The notes under the pieces are model-generated. The model was not told the origin of the DNA, searched no databases, and worked only from the letters and a program-made list of their open reading frames with translations. A stretch of DNA of 64,000 bases from Candidatus Merdivicinus intestinavium (GTDB taxonomy: Bacteria; Bacillota; Clostridia; Oscillospirales; Ruminococcaceae): assembly GCA_018713245.1 (NCBI GenBank), contig DVFM01000034.1:3835-67834 (forward strand), in the 5' to 3' direction. The position numbers and the translations under genes were made by a program. Of this stretch, positions 43,897 through 54,002 are shown in pieces; the first letter of the stretch is position 1, and each line of letters opens with the position of its first letter.

Positions 43897-45039
43897 ATGG
43901 AATATCAATACACGGCGCCCTGCCATTTCGGGCTGGAAAGCGTCCTGGCCGGCGAACTGAAGCGGATGGGGGCGGGGAATGTTTCCGCCTGCGACGGGAG
44001 GGTGTCCTTTACCGGGGATTTTTCCATCCTGGCGCGGGCCAACCTCGGGCTGCGCACGGCGGAGAGGGTGCTGCTCTGCCTGGGCGAATTCGAGGCGCGC
44101 TCCTTTGCGGAGCTGTTCGACGGGGTGCGGGCGCTGCCTTTTGAGGAATTCATCGGGAAACAAGACGCTTTCCCCGTCAAGGGACATTCGGTCCATTCCC
44201 AGCTGCACAGCATCCCGGACTGCCAGTCCATTATCAAAAAAGCGGCGGTGGAGCGGATGAAGGAGCATTACGGCGTGGGATGGTTTGAAGAAACCGGGCC
44301 CGTCCATCAGATTCAGTTTACCATCCTGAAAGACCGGGTGAGCATTTATCTGGACACCTCCGGCGCGGGGCTCCACAAGCGGGGCTACCGGAAAAACGGC
44401 AACGAAGCCCCCATCAAGGAGACCCTCGCCGCCGGAATCCTCGACCTGATGCGGGTGCGGCGGGACAGCGTTTTTTACGACCCCTTCTGCGGCTCCGGGA
44501 CCTTTCTCATCGAGGCGGCGCTGAAGGCGGCCAATATCCCCGCCGGCATCGGCCGGAATTTCGCGGCCCAGAGCTGGGGCTGCATCCCCGCGAAAGTCTG
44601 GGCGGAGGAGCGGACCCGCGGGCTGGATCTTGTGCGGCGGGACGCGAAATTTGCAGGCTACGGCAGCGATATTGACCCCAAAGCGGTGGAGCTGGCGCTG
44701 TTTAACGCCAACAAGGCGGGAGTGGCGCCGCGCGTGCGCATCCGCACCCGCTCCATCCGGGAATTCCGCACCGTGACCGAGGAGGGGATTGTGGTGACCA
44801 ATCCGCCTTACGGCGAGCGCCTGCTGGACGTGGAAAAGGCGCGGCAGATTTACCGGGAGATGGGGAAGGTATTCGTGCGGCGGGAGGGCTTTACCTATGC
44901 GGTCATTTCTCCGGACGAAAAATTTGAGCAATATTTCGGCCGGCGGGCCTCCAAACGCCGGAAGCTGTACAACGGGATGCTGAAATGCAACCTTTACTGC
45001 TATGTCCCCCGGCCCGGCGCCGCAGCCCCGCAGCGGTAG
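43897..45039 (+). CDS. THUMP-domain class I SAM-dependent RNA methyltransferase (RlmL/YpsC-like)
   Basis: Start is either ATG 43897 or ATG 43885. THUMP-like N-terminus, SAM motif DPFCGSGTFLIEAA, catalytic NPPYGERL. Confidence 0.8.
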   Translation: MEYQYTAPCHFGLESVLAGELKRMGAGNVSACDGRVSFTGDFSILARANLGLRTAERVLLCLGEFEARSFAELFDGVRALPFEEFIGKQDAFPVKGHSVHSQLHSIPDCQSIIKKAAVERMKEHYGVGWFEETGPVHQIQFTILKDRVSIYLDTSGAGLHKRGYRKNGNEAPIKETLAAGILDLMRVRRDSVFYDPFCGSGTFLIEAALKAANIPAGIGRNFAAQSWGCIPAKVWAEERTRGLDLVRRDAKFAGYGSDIDPKAVELALFNANKAGVAPRVRIRTRSIREFRTVTEEGIVVTNPPYGERLLDVEKARQIYREMGKVFVRREGFTYAVISPDEKFEQYFGRRASKRRKLYNGMLKCNLYCYVPRPGAAAPQR

Positions 45040-45112
45040 GGAAAGAGCGCAGAACAGTCCGGCCGGCGCAGGAATTTCCGGATATTCCGATTTTGGTGAG
45101 GAGGAACCGTCC

Positions 45113-46375
45113 ATGACCCCTGATGAAGCATTGAACGCCATCCACAGCCGTCCCAGAGGGACGGAAAGAACCCTGTCCCGCATCCGCGCCCTGATGGGGC
45201 GGCTGGAAAATCCCCAGGACCGGCTTCGCTTCCTGCATGTCGCCGGAAGCAACGGCAAGGGCTCCTGCGCGGCGATGCTGGCGTCCGCATTGACGGCGGG
45301 GGGCTACCGCACCGGGCTTTTTATCTCCCCCTACATCCTGGAATTCCGGGAGCGCTTTCAAATCGACGGGCAGATGATCCCGCAGGAGGAGTTCGCCGCC
45401 TGTGCGGAGAAGGTGCTGGACCGGGCGGCTGCCCTGGACCGGGAAGGGGTTTGCTGCACGGAATTCGAGTGCTGCACGGCGCTGGCGCTTTGCTGGTTTG
45501 CCGAAAAAGGATGCGAGGCCGTGGTGCTGGAAGCCGGGCTGGGCGGAAAAAACGACGCCACCAACGTCATTCCCTGTCCGGCCGTTTCGGTCATTATGGC
45601 GCTTTCGCTGGAGCACACCGCGCTGCTGGGAAATACGCTGGAAGAAATCGCCGCCGAGAAAGCCGGCATCATCAAAGGCGGGCAGGCGGTGCTGTATCCC
45701 CTCCAGGAGCCGGAAGCGGCGGCGGAGATTTACGCCCGCTGCGCCCGGGTGGGGGCGGTGCTCCATTCCCCCAGCCCCCACGCGGTGCGGATTTTGGAAA
45801 TGGGCCGCCGGGGCAGCCGATTTGAATGGGAAGGGGAGGAATACCGCATCCCGCTGGCCGGGAGGCATCAGGTTTGGAACGCCGTGACCGCTCTGGAAGC
45901 GCTGCGGGCGGTGTCCGGCGTCCTGCCCGTATCCCGCCGGGACATCCGGGAAGGGCTGGAAAGCGTCCGTTTCCCCGTGCGGTTTGAGACGGTGAAGGAA
46001 AACCCCGCCGTGGTGCTGGACGGCGCGCACAATCCCCAGGGCGCGCAGGTGCTGGCGGAACTGCTGGACGCCTGCCCGGAGAAGCCGCGGATCGGGGTGA
46101 TCGGGATGCTGGCGGACAAGGACTGGCGGCGGACGGTGGGGCTGCTGGCTGCGCGGCTGGACGCGGTATTGGCGGTCCCTGTTCCCAACCCGCGCCCCAG
46201 CGTGGAGCCGGCGGAGCTGGCGGCGGAGGCGTCGAAATCCTGCCGCGCGGAGCGTTTCGGCGGGCTGGAGGAGGCGCTTGCGCGGGCGGCGGAGCTGGCG
46301 GGACAGGATGGACTTGTCTGCTGCGCCGGGTCGCTTTTTCTGGCGGCGGAGGCGCGGAAACTTTTGGAAAACTGA
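45113..46375 (+). CDS. folC: Folylpolyglutamate synthase / dihydrofolate synthase
   Basis: Start at ATG 45113, preceded by GAGGAGG. P-loop HVAGSNGKGS. Mur-ligase fold blocks. Confidence 0.85.
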   Translation: MTPDEALNAIHSRPRGTERTLSRIRALMGRLENPQDRLRFLHVAGSNGKGSCAAMLASALTAGGYRTGLFISPYILEFRERFQIDGQMIPQEEFAACAEKVLDRAAALDREGVCCTEFECCTALALCWFAEKGCEAVVLEAGLGGKNDATNVIPCPAVSVIMALSLEHTALLGNTLEEIAAEKAGIIKGGQAVLYPLQEPEAAAEIYARCARVGAVLHSPSPHAVRILEMGRRGSRFEWEGEEYRIPLAGRHQVWNAVTALEALRAVSGVLPVSRRDIREGLESVRFPVRFETVKENPAVVLDGAHNPQGAQVLAELLDACPEKPRIGVIGMLADKDWRRTVGLLAARLDAVLAVPVPNPRPSVEPAELAAEASKSCRAERFGGLEEALARAAELAGQDGLVCCAGSLFLAAEARKLLEN

Positions 46376-46440
46376 GGGGGAAAGGCTCCGGGAGCCGTTT
46401 CCTAAGCAGAGAATGAAACTGAGAAAGGAAATGGGTTGGC

Positions 46441-48312
46441 ATGCGGGGGTTTTTCCGGGAAAATTTACGGCTGCTGGCAAACGGGAGAGGGCTGTTCCGG
46501 TTCGAGCTGTTTTATAAGCTGGCCGGGATTGCGGTGCTGGTGCCGACGATGCTGGTGATGCTCAACGCTTCCATCCATCTTGCGGGCCTCACCTACCTCA
46601 CCAACGACAACATTTTCCGTTATCTGCGCCATCCGGCCGGCTTCCTGTTTGCCCTGTGCGGGCTGGCGGCGGTGTCCTTTTACCTGCTGGCGGAGCTGGC
46701 GGCGCTGTCGCTGTATTTTTACGCCAAAAAGCAGGGGAGGCTGCTCACGGCCCGGCAGATGTTCGTGGCGGGGTTCCGGCGCGCGGTCCGGATGTTCCGC
46801 CCCCGGAACCTGGGGATGATTTTTTATCTGGCGCTGGTAACGCCGCTGACCAGTATCCCCCTGATCTTCATTTACCTTGCCACCATCCAGATTCCGGAAT
46901 TTATCCTGCGGTATATCGGGGCGCGTTCCTATCTGGTAGCGGCTGCCGCCGTGCTGGCGGCGGTGCTGCTGATCCTGTCGGTCTGGCTGCTGTTTGGGGT
47001 CCATTTCTTCGCGCTGGAAGGGGAAGCCTTCCTCCCGGCCTGCCGGAGCAGCATCCGGCTCAACCGGAAAAAGGCCATGCGGACGGCCCTTTGGCTTTTT
47101 TGCTGGCAGATGGCGGTGATGGGCCTGTTTCTGGCGGGATATCTGGCGTTTCTGGGAGCGGCGCTGCTGGTTTCCAAAATCTTTATCCCGGGGACGGCGG
47201 CCATGGAACTGTTCCTGACGCTGTTCCAATGGATGAATCTGCTGGCGCTGCTGGCGGGGCTCAGCATTGCGGCTCCGGCGGTAAGCACCGCGGCCAGCAC
47301 CCTGTTTTTCCGGCTGAAAAAGGAGAAGCGGGAAAAGCTCGTCCCCCTCAAGTCGCTGGAGCTCCCGCGGGGAAGGGCCATGGATAAGCGGCTGAAATGG
47401 GGGACCATGTCGGTGGTGGCGGCGCTGGCGGTAATGAATGTGGGATACATTTTCCCCGGGATGGACCGCGGAACGCTGGGCGTCATCGAGGGGCTGCAGA
47501 AACCGCTTGTGACCGCCCACCGGGGCGATTCCCAGCGCGCGCCGGAAAACACCATTGCCGCTTTTCAGTCGGCGCTGGAAAGCGGGGCGGATATGGTAGA
47601 GCTGGACGTCCAGCAGCTGGGGGACGGGACGCTCATCGTCATGCACGACAGCAATTTCCTGCGGACGGCCGGCGTGGACCTGGACGTCTGGGAAGCCGGC
47701 TGGGCGGATGTGGAGCAGATGGACGCGGGAAGCTGGTTCTCGGAGGAATTCGCCGGGGAAAAGATCCCGACGCTGGAGGAAGCGCTCCGTTTTGCCGAGG
47801 AAAACGGGCTGCGCCTGAACATTGAACTCAAGTCCACCGGCCACGAGGATTCGCTGGTGGAGTCGGTGACGGCGCTCATACGGGAGCACAATTTCGGCGA
47901 TCAGTGCATCATCACCTCCCTGCAGTACAGCCTGCTCCGCCAGGTCAAGGAACTGGACAGCAGCCTGATGACCGGCTATGTCCTGTCGGTGGCCTACGGC
48001 CCGTTTTACGACATGGAGGATGTCGATATGTTCAGCGTCCGGGCGGATTTCGTGACGCCGGCTATGGTGCGGGCAATTCACAACCGCGGCAAGCGGCTCC
48101 TGGTCTGGACGGTCAACGATGAGGACCTGATGGAGCAGCTCCGGGAGTGGAATGTGGATAACCTCATCACGGACAACGCCCTCCTGGCCCGTTCCATCGT
48201 GGATGAGCCGAACACCAACTCGATTCTGCTGCGGGCTTTTGAGGAGTTTTTTACCGGAGACAGCTTTTCCACCAGCGCCAAACGCTTCTGGAAAGCCGCT
48301 TTCCGGCCGTAA
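46441..48312 (+). CDS. Membrane-anchored glycerophosphodiester phosphodiesterase
   Basis: About 330 aa of polytopic membrane domain, then a GDPD domain (VTAHRGDSQRAPENT, VELDVQQLGDGTLIVMHD, NIELK). Confidence 0.8.
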   Translation: MRGFFRENLRLLANGRGLFRFELFYKLAGIAVLVPTMLVMLNASIHLAGLTYLTNDNIFRYLRHPAGFLFALCGLAAVSFYLLAELAALSLYFYAKKQGRLLTARQMFVAGFRRAVRMFRPRNLGMIFYLALVTPLTSIPLIFIYLATIQIPEFILRYIGARSYLVAAAAVLAAVLLILSVWLLFGVHFFALEGEAFLPACRSSIRLNRKKAMRTALWLFCWQMAVMGLFLAGYLAFLGAALLVSKIFIPGTAAMELFLTLFQWMNLLALLAGLSIAAPAVSTAASTLFFRLKKEKREKLVPLKSLELPRGRAMDKRLKWGTMSVVAALAVMNVGYIFPGMDRGTLGVIEGLQKPLVTAHRGDSQRAPENTIAAFQSALESGADMVELDVQQLGDGTLIVMHDSNFLRTAGVDLDVWEAGWADVEQMDAGSWFSEEFAGEKIPTLEEALRFAEENGLRLNIELKSTGHEDSLVESVTALIREHNFGDQCIITSLQYSLLRQVKELDSSLMTGYVLSVAYGPFYDMEDVDMFSVRADFVTPAMVRAIHNRGKRLLVWTVNDEDLMEQLREWNVDNLITDNALLARSIVDEPNTNSILLRAFEEFFTGDSFSTSAKRFWKAAFRP

Positions 48313-48336
48313 TTTTCGGGGAAAGAGGGGAAGAAC

Positions 48337-48762
48337 ATGCCGGAACACGTTCCGAATCCGGAAGAGCTCTCCGCCCTGCTGGGGCAGGAGCTGTACGGCG
48401 TATGGCGGGAGCTGTGCGCCGTGATTGAAGCGGAATACGATATGGAGAAGGTCTGGGCCAAAGGGGGCCGGGCGTGGACTTATGAGCTGAAGTACCGCCG
48501 GGGCGGCAGAACCCTCTGCGCCCTGGAAGTGCGGGAGGGCCTTTTCGGCGTTCTCATCGTCCTCGGGAAGGCGGAGCGGGAGCGGTTTGAGGCGGACCCC
48601 GGGCGGTTTTCCGAGGAGGTGCGGAAAATCTACGCGGAAACGTGGACGTATCACGACGGCAAGTGGCTCCTGCTGGCGCCCGCCGGCCCTTCCCTCTTCG
48701 GGGACATCCGGGAGCTTCTGCACCTCAAACGCCGTCCGAACCGGAAGGCGCCGGTCGGCTGA
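48337..48762 (+). CDS. DUF3788-like protein
   Basis: 141 aa with a good RBS. The pattern ...WAKGGRAWTYELKYRRGGRTLCAL...GKWLLL... matches my recollection of DUF3788. Confidence 0.55.
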   Translation: MPEHVPNPEELSALLGQELYGVWRELCAVIEAEYDMEKVWAKGGRAWTYELKYRRGGRTLCALEVREGLFGVLIVLGKAERERFEADPGRFSEEVRKIYAETWTYHDGKWLLLAPAGPSLFGDIRELLHLKRRPNRKAPVG

Positions 48763-48805
48763 AAGCCTGCCGGAACGGCGGCCCTGCGCCGCAGCTTTCC
48801 CCGCG

Positions 48806-48852
48806 AAAAAATATCGGGCCGGACCCCATCGGCAGGGGTCCGGCCCGATTTG
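48806..48852. terminator. Bidirectional intrinsic terminator
   Basis: About 14-bp stem, TCGGGCCGGACCCC with GGGGTCCGGCCCGA. An A-run precedes it and TTT follows it. Confidence 0.75.
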
Positions 48853-48854
48853 CG

Positions 48855-50072
48855 TCATTGGTTGTCGGCGGTCCAGGTGTCGTAAAGGATGTCAAAATCC
48901 TCAAATTCCGGGCCGTTTACATAATAGAAGGTGCCCCGGGTCAGCAAATCCGGCTTTTGGGGATCATAAAACCGGGCGGTGCGGCCCCCTAAAAGCTCCA
49001 GGTACCCGTCCGGGTCGTTGTCCTTGAGCCACTGCCAGGCGTAGGATATCCATTCCTTCCGGTACCATTTGGGCTGATTCGCAAACCAGCTGACTTCATC
49101 ATAGCCCCAGGGATAGTAGTCCACCTGGGTGTTCAAAAGCTCCGGCGGCTGGCAGCCGTAGTTGTCGATCTCCACGAAATAGGGGAGATGTTCGCACTCC
49201 CAGCCGCTGTGGGTGAGGCCGCCCATGCTCCGGTTGTAAATGGAGTTTCCCCAGCCGCTTACAAGGCGGCACCGCTGGGGGTTGTGCTCCGTCGCCACAT
49301 GGGGCGGGTCCTCGGCGAAGGCCACCGGACGGGCAGGGTAGGCGTGGAAATCAAAAAGCAGTTTGCCGTCGGTCCCCACAATGCCGTGGGTGTGGGCGTT
49401 CAGGAGGACAAAATGCCGCCGGGCGTGGGTTTTGGCGTAGTCCCGCAGCAGGTTCATGACCCGGGTCCAGCAGGCGTACTGTTCGTCGGTTTCCCCCATG
49501 AGCAGCACCTGGCCGCAGTGGATGGCCTCAAAGCCCAGGTCGATGTACAGGCAGCCCCGGAAGTAGAAAAACATCTGGGTTTCCGGCCGGGTCATATCCG
49601 GGACGCTGCCGTCCTTTTCCCAGTGGTCCACATACCGGCCGTCGGGAAAGAGCATATCTTTATACCGGAAATTCCGGTTTTCCGGCGGAAACCCGAAGGC
49701 CTCGAAGACATGGGCCGGGATGGCGAACTCCTCAAAGGAGGGGTAGGCCGTTTCAAAGATGCAGGCTTCCAGGATTACCTCCGGGTCGGCGGCGTGAAGG
49801 GCGTCCGCCGCCTGCTTCATCTCCTCCCAGCGGGAAATTTCCTTTCCGTTCGGAATCCAGGCACAGGCCGCCCGGGCGATGTATTTTGCGCCGCTTTGGG
49901 TGATGAGCCGGATGGCTTCCTCCGTCATCTTTTCCGGCGGGACGCCGTATTCGCTGCCGCTGTCGAAAAAGCTCAGCACCATGGAACGGGACAGATAGTT
50001 CCGGAGCACCTGCTCCGAAATGCGCCCCTCAAAGGCATAGTCCCGGCCAAGGTTTGCGGGATGTTGGTTCAT
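48855..50072 (-). CDS. Uncharacterised cytoplasmic protein co-translated with the GH36 alpha-galactosidase (possible TIM-barrel glycoside-hydrolase-like fold)
   Basis: 405 aa with normal composition and no signal peptide. Its ATG overlaps the GH36 stop (ATGA). I recognise no family. Confidence 0.75.
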   Translation of the reverse strand: MNQHPANLGRDYAFEGRISEQVLRNYLSRSMVLSFFDSGSEYGVPPEKMTEEAIRLITQSGAKYIARAACAWIPNGKEISRWEEMKQAADALHAADPEVILEACIFETAYPSFEEFAIPAHVFEAFGFPPENRNFRYKDMLFPDGRYVDHWEKDGSVPDMTRPETQMFFYFRGCLYIDLGFEAIHCGQVLLMGETDEQYACWTRVMNLLRDYAKTHARRHFVLLNAHTHGIVGTDGKLLFDFHAYPARPVAFAEDPPHVATEHNPQRCRLVSGWGNSIYNRSMGGLTHSGWECEHLPYFVEIDNYGCQPPELLNTQVDYYPWGYDEVSWFANQPKWYRKEWISYAWQWLKDNDPDGYLELLGGRTARFYDPQKPDLLTRGTFYYVNGPEFEDFDILYDTWTADNQ

Positions 50073-52264
50073 GCTTTGACCTCCTTCAAATGGATCAGCA
50101 CGCTTTCCCCGTCGCGGTAGGAGCGGGAGAGGTTCAGGCCGGCGTTCATCAGGGTGTCGCCGGACAGGACGCGGCCGGTGGATTCGTCCAGATATTTTTT
50201 CCGGGGGTCTAGTCCCGCCAGACGCAGGTAGCTGTTGAAGTTTACGCGGGTGCGGGGAACCACAAAGGTGACCAGCGCTTCGCTCTTGTCGGCCGAAACG
50301 CTCATCCAGGCGCAGCGGTTTTCGTCCTCAAAGGGGCTGATGAGCCGGTAGAAATCGCCGTCCTGCACCAGGGGCGCATAGGCGTGGTACTGGGCCACCT
50401 GCTTTTTCACCAGTTCCTTTTCCTCGGCGGTGAGCTTGGTCAGGTCCAGCTCGTAGCCGAAGGCCCCGGCCATGGCCACATTGCCCCGGGTTTCAAAGCT
50501 GGTGACGCGGCCGGTCTGATGGTTGGGCACGGCCGAAACGTGGGCGCTGATGGAGGAGGGCGGGTAAACGAGGGAGGTGCCGTACTGGATGCGGCAGCGC
50601 TCGATGGCGTCGGTGTCGTCGCTGGTCCAGATCTGGGGGGAATAATAGAGCATGGCCGGGTCGAACCGTCCGCCGCCGCCGGAGCAGCCTTCAAAAAGCA
50701 CGTGGGGGAAGGCGGAGGTCAGCCGCTCCAGCAGGCTGTACAGCCCCAGCACATAGCGGTGGAAAGTTTCCTTCCGGCGCTCGGGGGGGAGTTCCGCGCT
50801 GGCCGCTTCGGACAGGTTCCGGTTGAAGTCCCACTTGACATAGGCGATGTTGGCGCCGGACAGGACGCCGGAAATGACATCGAACAGGTAGTCCTGCACA
50901 TCCTTCCGGCTCATGTCCAGCACATACTGATGCCGGCCGATAGAAGGCTCCCGGCCAGGGGCGCAGAGGGTCCACTCTGGATGGGCGCGGTAGAGGTTGG
51001 AGTCCGGGGAAATCATTTCCGGCTCAAACCAGATGCCGAATTTGAGCCCCAGGGCGTTGACCTTTTCCACCAGGGGCTTTAAGCCGCCCTTGAGCTTCTC
51101 CTCGTTGACAAACCAGTCGCCCAGGGAGGAGCGGTCGTCGTTGCGCTTGCCGAACCAGCCGTCGTCCATGACCAGCATTTCAATGCCGAGGTCGGCGGCG
51201 TCTTTGGCGATGGCCAGCAGCTTTTCTTCGTTGAAATCGAAGTAGGTCGCCTCCCAGTTGTTGACCAGGATGGGGCGGATTTTTTCTTTCCACTCGCCGC
51301 GGCAGAGGTGGCTTCGGTAGAGCTTGTGGTAGGTCCGGGACATGCCGCCCAGCCCCTCGTCCGAGTAAACCAGGACCGCTTCGGGGGTGGTGAACAGCTC
51401 GCCGGGGTTCAGGGTCCACGCGAAATCGATGGGGTTGATGCCCATGACCAGGCGGGCGGTTTCCAGGGAGTCGCACTCCGTTTCAATGGCGAAGTTGCCG
51501 CTGTAAACAAGGCTCGCGCCGTAGGCTTCGCCGGAGGTTTCGCCGGCGTTTCTGGACACCAGGGCGGCGAAGGGGTTGTGGGCGTGGCTGGAGGCTCCCC
51601 GCTTGCTGGCGACGGTGCGGATGTCGTGGGTGAGGGGGGCGCGGCAGATCTGGCGTTCCCCGGCCCACTGGCCGTAAAGGTGCACCAGGTCAAAGTCCAT
51701 GGTGGGGAAATCCACCGCGGCGCTGGCGGCTTTCTCAATGACAAAGGGGGACTGGCCGCTGTTGCGGATGACAGCCGCCCGGGTAATGGCGCTGTACCGG
51801 TCCAGGACGCCGTAAAGGAGATGGACTTCCGCCCCGGTGAGGGGGTCCTCCATCAGAACGTCCAGGGTTTCCGCCTCATCCTCGGCGGCGTAAACCGCCG
51901 GCAGGCCGTCGAGGGCATATTTCCCGCGGCGGATGGTGTGGCTGCGGTAGCGCAGGGTGGTGGCGGAAGAGCCGTTTTCCCCGCGGATGGCCAAAGCAGC
52001 CACCCGGTAATCCCCGGTTCCGTTCACCGGGTACTCCTGGAAGGCCGTGTCCAGGGAAAAGGCGCTGTCGTCCCCCTCGGGAGGGTTGGGGGAGAAGGAG
52101 CCGGTATTCAGCGCGCTTTGCAGGTAGCCCAGGTCGGTGTCCGAAATTCTGGCGCCGTAATACAGGTGGAGCAGCTGCCCCCAGGGGCCGACGCAGAAAG
52201 CGTAGCTGGACGAGCCGGCGTCCAGGCGGAACACTTTCCGCTCGGTATCAAACAAAATTGACAT
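50069..52264 (-). CDS. Alpha-galactosidase, GH36
   Basis: Start probably ATG 52264 (MSILFD), 9 nt after AAAGG; the track start is 52273. GH36 blocks KWDFNR, EGCSGGGGRFD, NNWEATYFDF. Confidence 0.9.
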   Translation of the reverse strand: MSILFDTERKVFRLDAGSSSYAFCVGPWGQLLHLYYGARISDTDLGYLQSALNTGSFSPNPPEGDDSAFSLDTAFQEYPVNGTGDYRVAALAIRGENGSSATTLRYRSHTIRRGKYALDGLPAVYAAEDEAETLDVLMEDPLTGAEVHLLYGVLDRYSAITRAAVIRNSGQSPFVIEKAASAAVDFPTMDFDLVHLYGQWAGERQICRAPLTHDIRTVASKRGASSHAHNPFAALVSRNAGETSGEAYGASLVYSGNFAIETECDSLETARLVMGINPIDFAWTLNPGELFTTPEAVLVYSDEGLGGMSRTYHKLYRSHLCRGEWKEKIRPILVNNWEATYFDFNEEKLLAIAKDAADLGIEMLVMDDGWFGKRNDDRSSLGDWFVNEEKLKGGLKPLVEKVNALGLKFGIWFEPEMISPDSNLYRAHPEWTLCAPGREPSIGRHQYVLDMSRKDVQDYLFDVISGVLSGANIAYVKWDFNRNLSEAASAELPPERRKETFHRYVLGLYSLLERLTSAFPHVLFEGCSGGGGRFDPAMLYYSPQIWTSDDTDAIERCRIQYGTSLVYPPSSISAHVSAVPNHQTGRVTSFETRGNVAMAGAFGYELDLTKLTAEEKELVKKQVAQYHAYAPLVQDGDFYRLISPFEDENRCAWMSVSADKSEALVTFVVPRTRVNFNSYLRLAGLDPRKKYLDESTGRVLSGDTLMNAGLNLSRSYRDGESVLIHLKEVKA

Positions 52265-52312
52265 GGAAATCATCCTTTCGGTTCGATGGTCGCACAGGTG
52301 CGGTTTGGTTTG

Positions 52313-52341
52313 ATTTTAGCACACATCGCCCGTTTTGACAA
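52313..52341 (-). promoter_or_regulatory. Candidate sigma-A promoter of the GH36 operon
   Basis: Minus strand reads TTGTCA (52341-52336), 17 nt, TGcTAAAAT (-10 hexamer at 52318-52313). Confidence 0.55.
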
Positions 52342-52437
52342 CCGGCTTCCCGCACAGCTGCAAGAAAAATCTATGTTTTTGGCAAATCCGGTTAGGAAAA
52401 TTCCCAAATAAAGTCCTTTTCAAACCGCTTTTTTTAT

Positions 52438-52473
52438 TGTATAATAAGATCATAGCCCGATTGAAACGTTTCA
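52438..52473 (+). promoter_or_regulatory. rha operon -10 (TGTATAAT) followed by a perfect 12-bp palindrome TGAAACGTTTCA (candidate operator)
   Basis: TATAAT at 52440-52445. Palindrome at 52462-52473, 16 nt downstream of the -10. Confidence 0.45.
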
Positions 52474-52551
52474 GGCCCGTTCCTCTTCCGGAAGGGGCGG
52501 CCGGAAACGCTTTCGGACCATCAGTCTATCGACAGAAAAGGGGAATGTTCA

Positions 52552-53976
52552 ATGGGAATCACCTACACACTGGCAGTGGATATCGGCGCCTCCAGCGGCC
52601 GGCATATCCTCGGCTCCGTCCAGGACGGAAAGATCGTACTGGAGGAGGTTTACCGCTTTGAAAACGGCTATACGGAGAAAAACGGCCACTTCTGCTGGGA
52701 TTTCGACCGGCTGTTCGCCGAAATCCTGAACGGCATGAAGCGCTGCGGGGAGCTGGGCAAGACGCCCGTTTCCATGGGCATTGATACCTGGGGCGTCGAT
52801 TTCGTCCTGCTGGACGAAAACGGAAAGGTCCTGGGGGACACCGTCGCTTACCGCGACAGCCGCACCGCGGGGATGGATGAGGAAGTGGCCCGCCTGATCT
52901 CCCCGGAGGAGCTCTACGCCCGCACCGGCATCCAGAAGCAGAGCTACAACACCATCTATCAGCTCATGGCGGTCAAAAAGGAGCATCCGGACTATCTGGA
53001 GAAGGCGCAGCGCCTGCTGATGACGCCGGAGTATTTCCACTATCTCCTGACGGGCAAAGCGGTGAACGAATACACCATGGCCACCACCACCCAGCTGGTC
53101 AACGCCAAGGCCAGAACCTGGGACCTGGAGCTGCTGGAAAAGCTCGGGTATCCCGCCCGGATTTTCGGGGAGCTGAATCTGCCCGGCACCAAAGTGGGAA
53201 GCCTCAAGCCGGAGATTGCAAAACAGGTCGGGTATTCCTGCGACGTCGTCCTCCCCGGCACCCACGACACCGCCTCCGCCGTGCTGGCTGTGCCGAAAAC
53301 CGAGGAAAACGCCATGTACATCAGCTCCGGCACCTGGTCTTTAATCGGGGTGGAGCGGATGGAGCCCGACTGCTCCGAAAAGAGCCGCAGGCTCAACTTC
53401 GCCAATGAGGGCGGCTACGGCTACCGCTTCCGCTACCTGAAAAATATCATGGGCCTTTGGATGATCCAGTCGGTCCGCCGCGAATTCAAAGCCCAGGGGA
53501 CGCAGTACAGCTTCGACGACCTGTGCGACCTTGCCATCAAAGCGGACGATTTCCCCTCCCGCGTGGATGTGGCCGACGACTGCTTCCTGGCGCCGAAAAG
53601 CATGATTGAGGAAGTGAAGGATTTCTGCGCCCGCACCGGCCAGCGGGTCCCCGTGAACAATGAGGAGCTGATGGCCTGCATTTACCGGAGCCTTGCCGAC
53701 GGGTACCGCAAGGCGGTCCGGGAAATGGAGGACGTGGTGGGAATTCCGGTGCCCTGCATCCACATTGTGGGCGGCGGCAGCAAGGACTGGTACTTAAACG
53801 AGCTGACCGCACGGGCCACCGGCAAGACCGTGTACGCCGGCCCGTCCGAAGCCACCGCGCTGGGCAATATCCTGGCCCAGATGATCGCCGCCGGGCAGTA
53901 TAGCACGATTACGGAGGCCCGCCGGGCGGTTGCCGACTCCTTCGCCGTCAAAAAAATCAGCGCCGAAGCCAATTGA
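52552..53976 (+). CDS. rhaB: Rhamnulokinase
   Basis: FGGY-kinase N-terminus ([11 protein letters not shown]) and full-length RhaB-like sequence. Followed by rhaA and rhaD. Confidence 0.9.
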   Translation: MGITYTLAVDIGASSGRHILGSVQDGKIVLEEVYRFENGYTEKNGHFCWDFDRLFAEILNGMKRCGELGKTPVSMGIDTWGVDFVLLDENGKVLGDTVAYRDSRTAGMDEEVARLISPEELYARTGIQKQSYNTIYQLMAVKKEHPDYLEKAQRLLMTPEYFHYLLTGKAVNEYTMATTTQLVNAKARTWDLELLEKLGYPARIFGELNLPGTKVGSLKPEIAKQVGYSCDVVLPGTHDTASAVLAVPKTEENAMYISSGTWSLIGVERMEPDCSEKSRRLNFANEGGYGYRFRYLKNIMGLWMIQSVRREFKAQGTQYSFDDLCDLAIKADDFPSRVDVADDCFLAPKSMIEEVKDFCARTGQRVPVNNEELMACIYRSLADGYRKAVREMEDVVGIPVPCIHIVGGGSKDWYLNELTARATGKTVYAGPSEATALGNILAQMIAAGQYSTITEARRAVADSFAVKKISAEAN

Positions 53977-54002
53977 CCCCCAGAATCAAGGAGGAATCTG
54001 CC

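Noticed and set aside
46465-48858. 797-aa minus-strand ORF
   Set aside because: Antisense to the GDPD and DUF3788 genes. Arg/Pro/Gln-rich.
52285-52300. tRNA-like GGTTCGA T-loop motif
   Set aside because: No flanking acceptor or anticodon stems can be drawn. It lies in the GH36 leader.
52462-52473. Canonical CcpA cre site
   Set aside because: The palindrome is 12 bp (TGAAA-CG-TTTCA), not the 14-bp TGWAANCGNTNWCA. It is kept only as a generic operator candidate.
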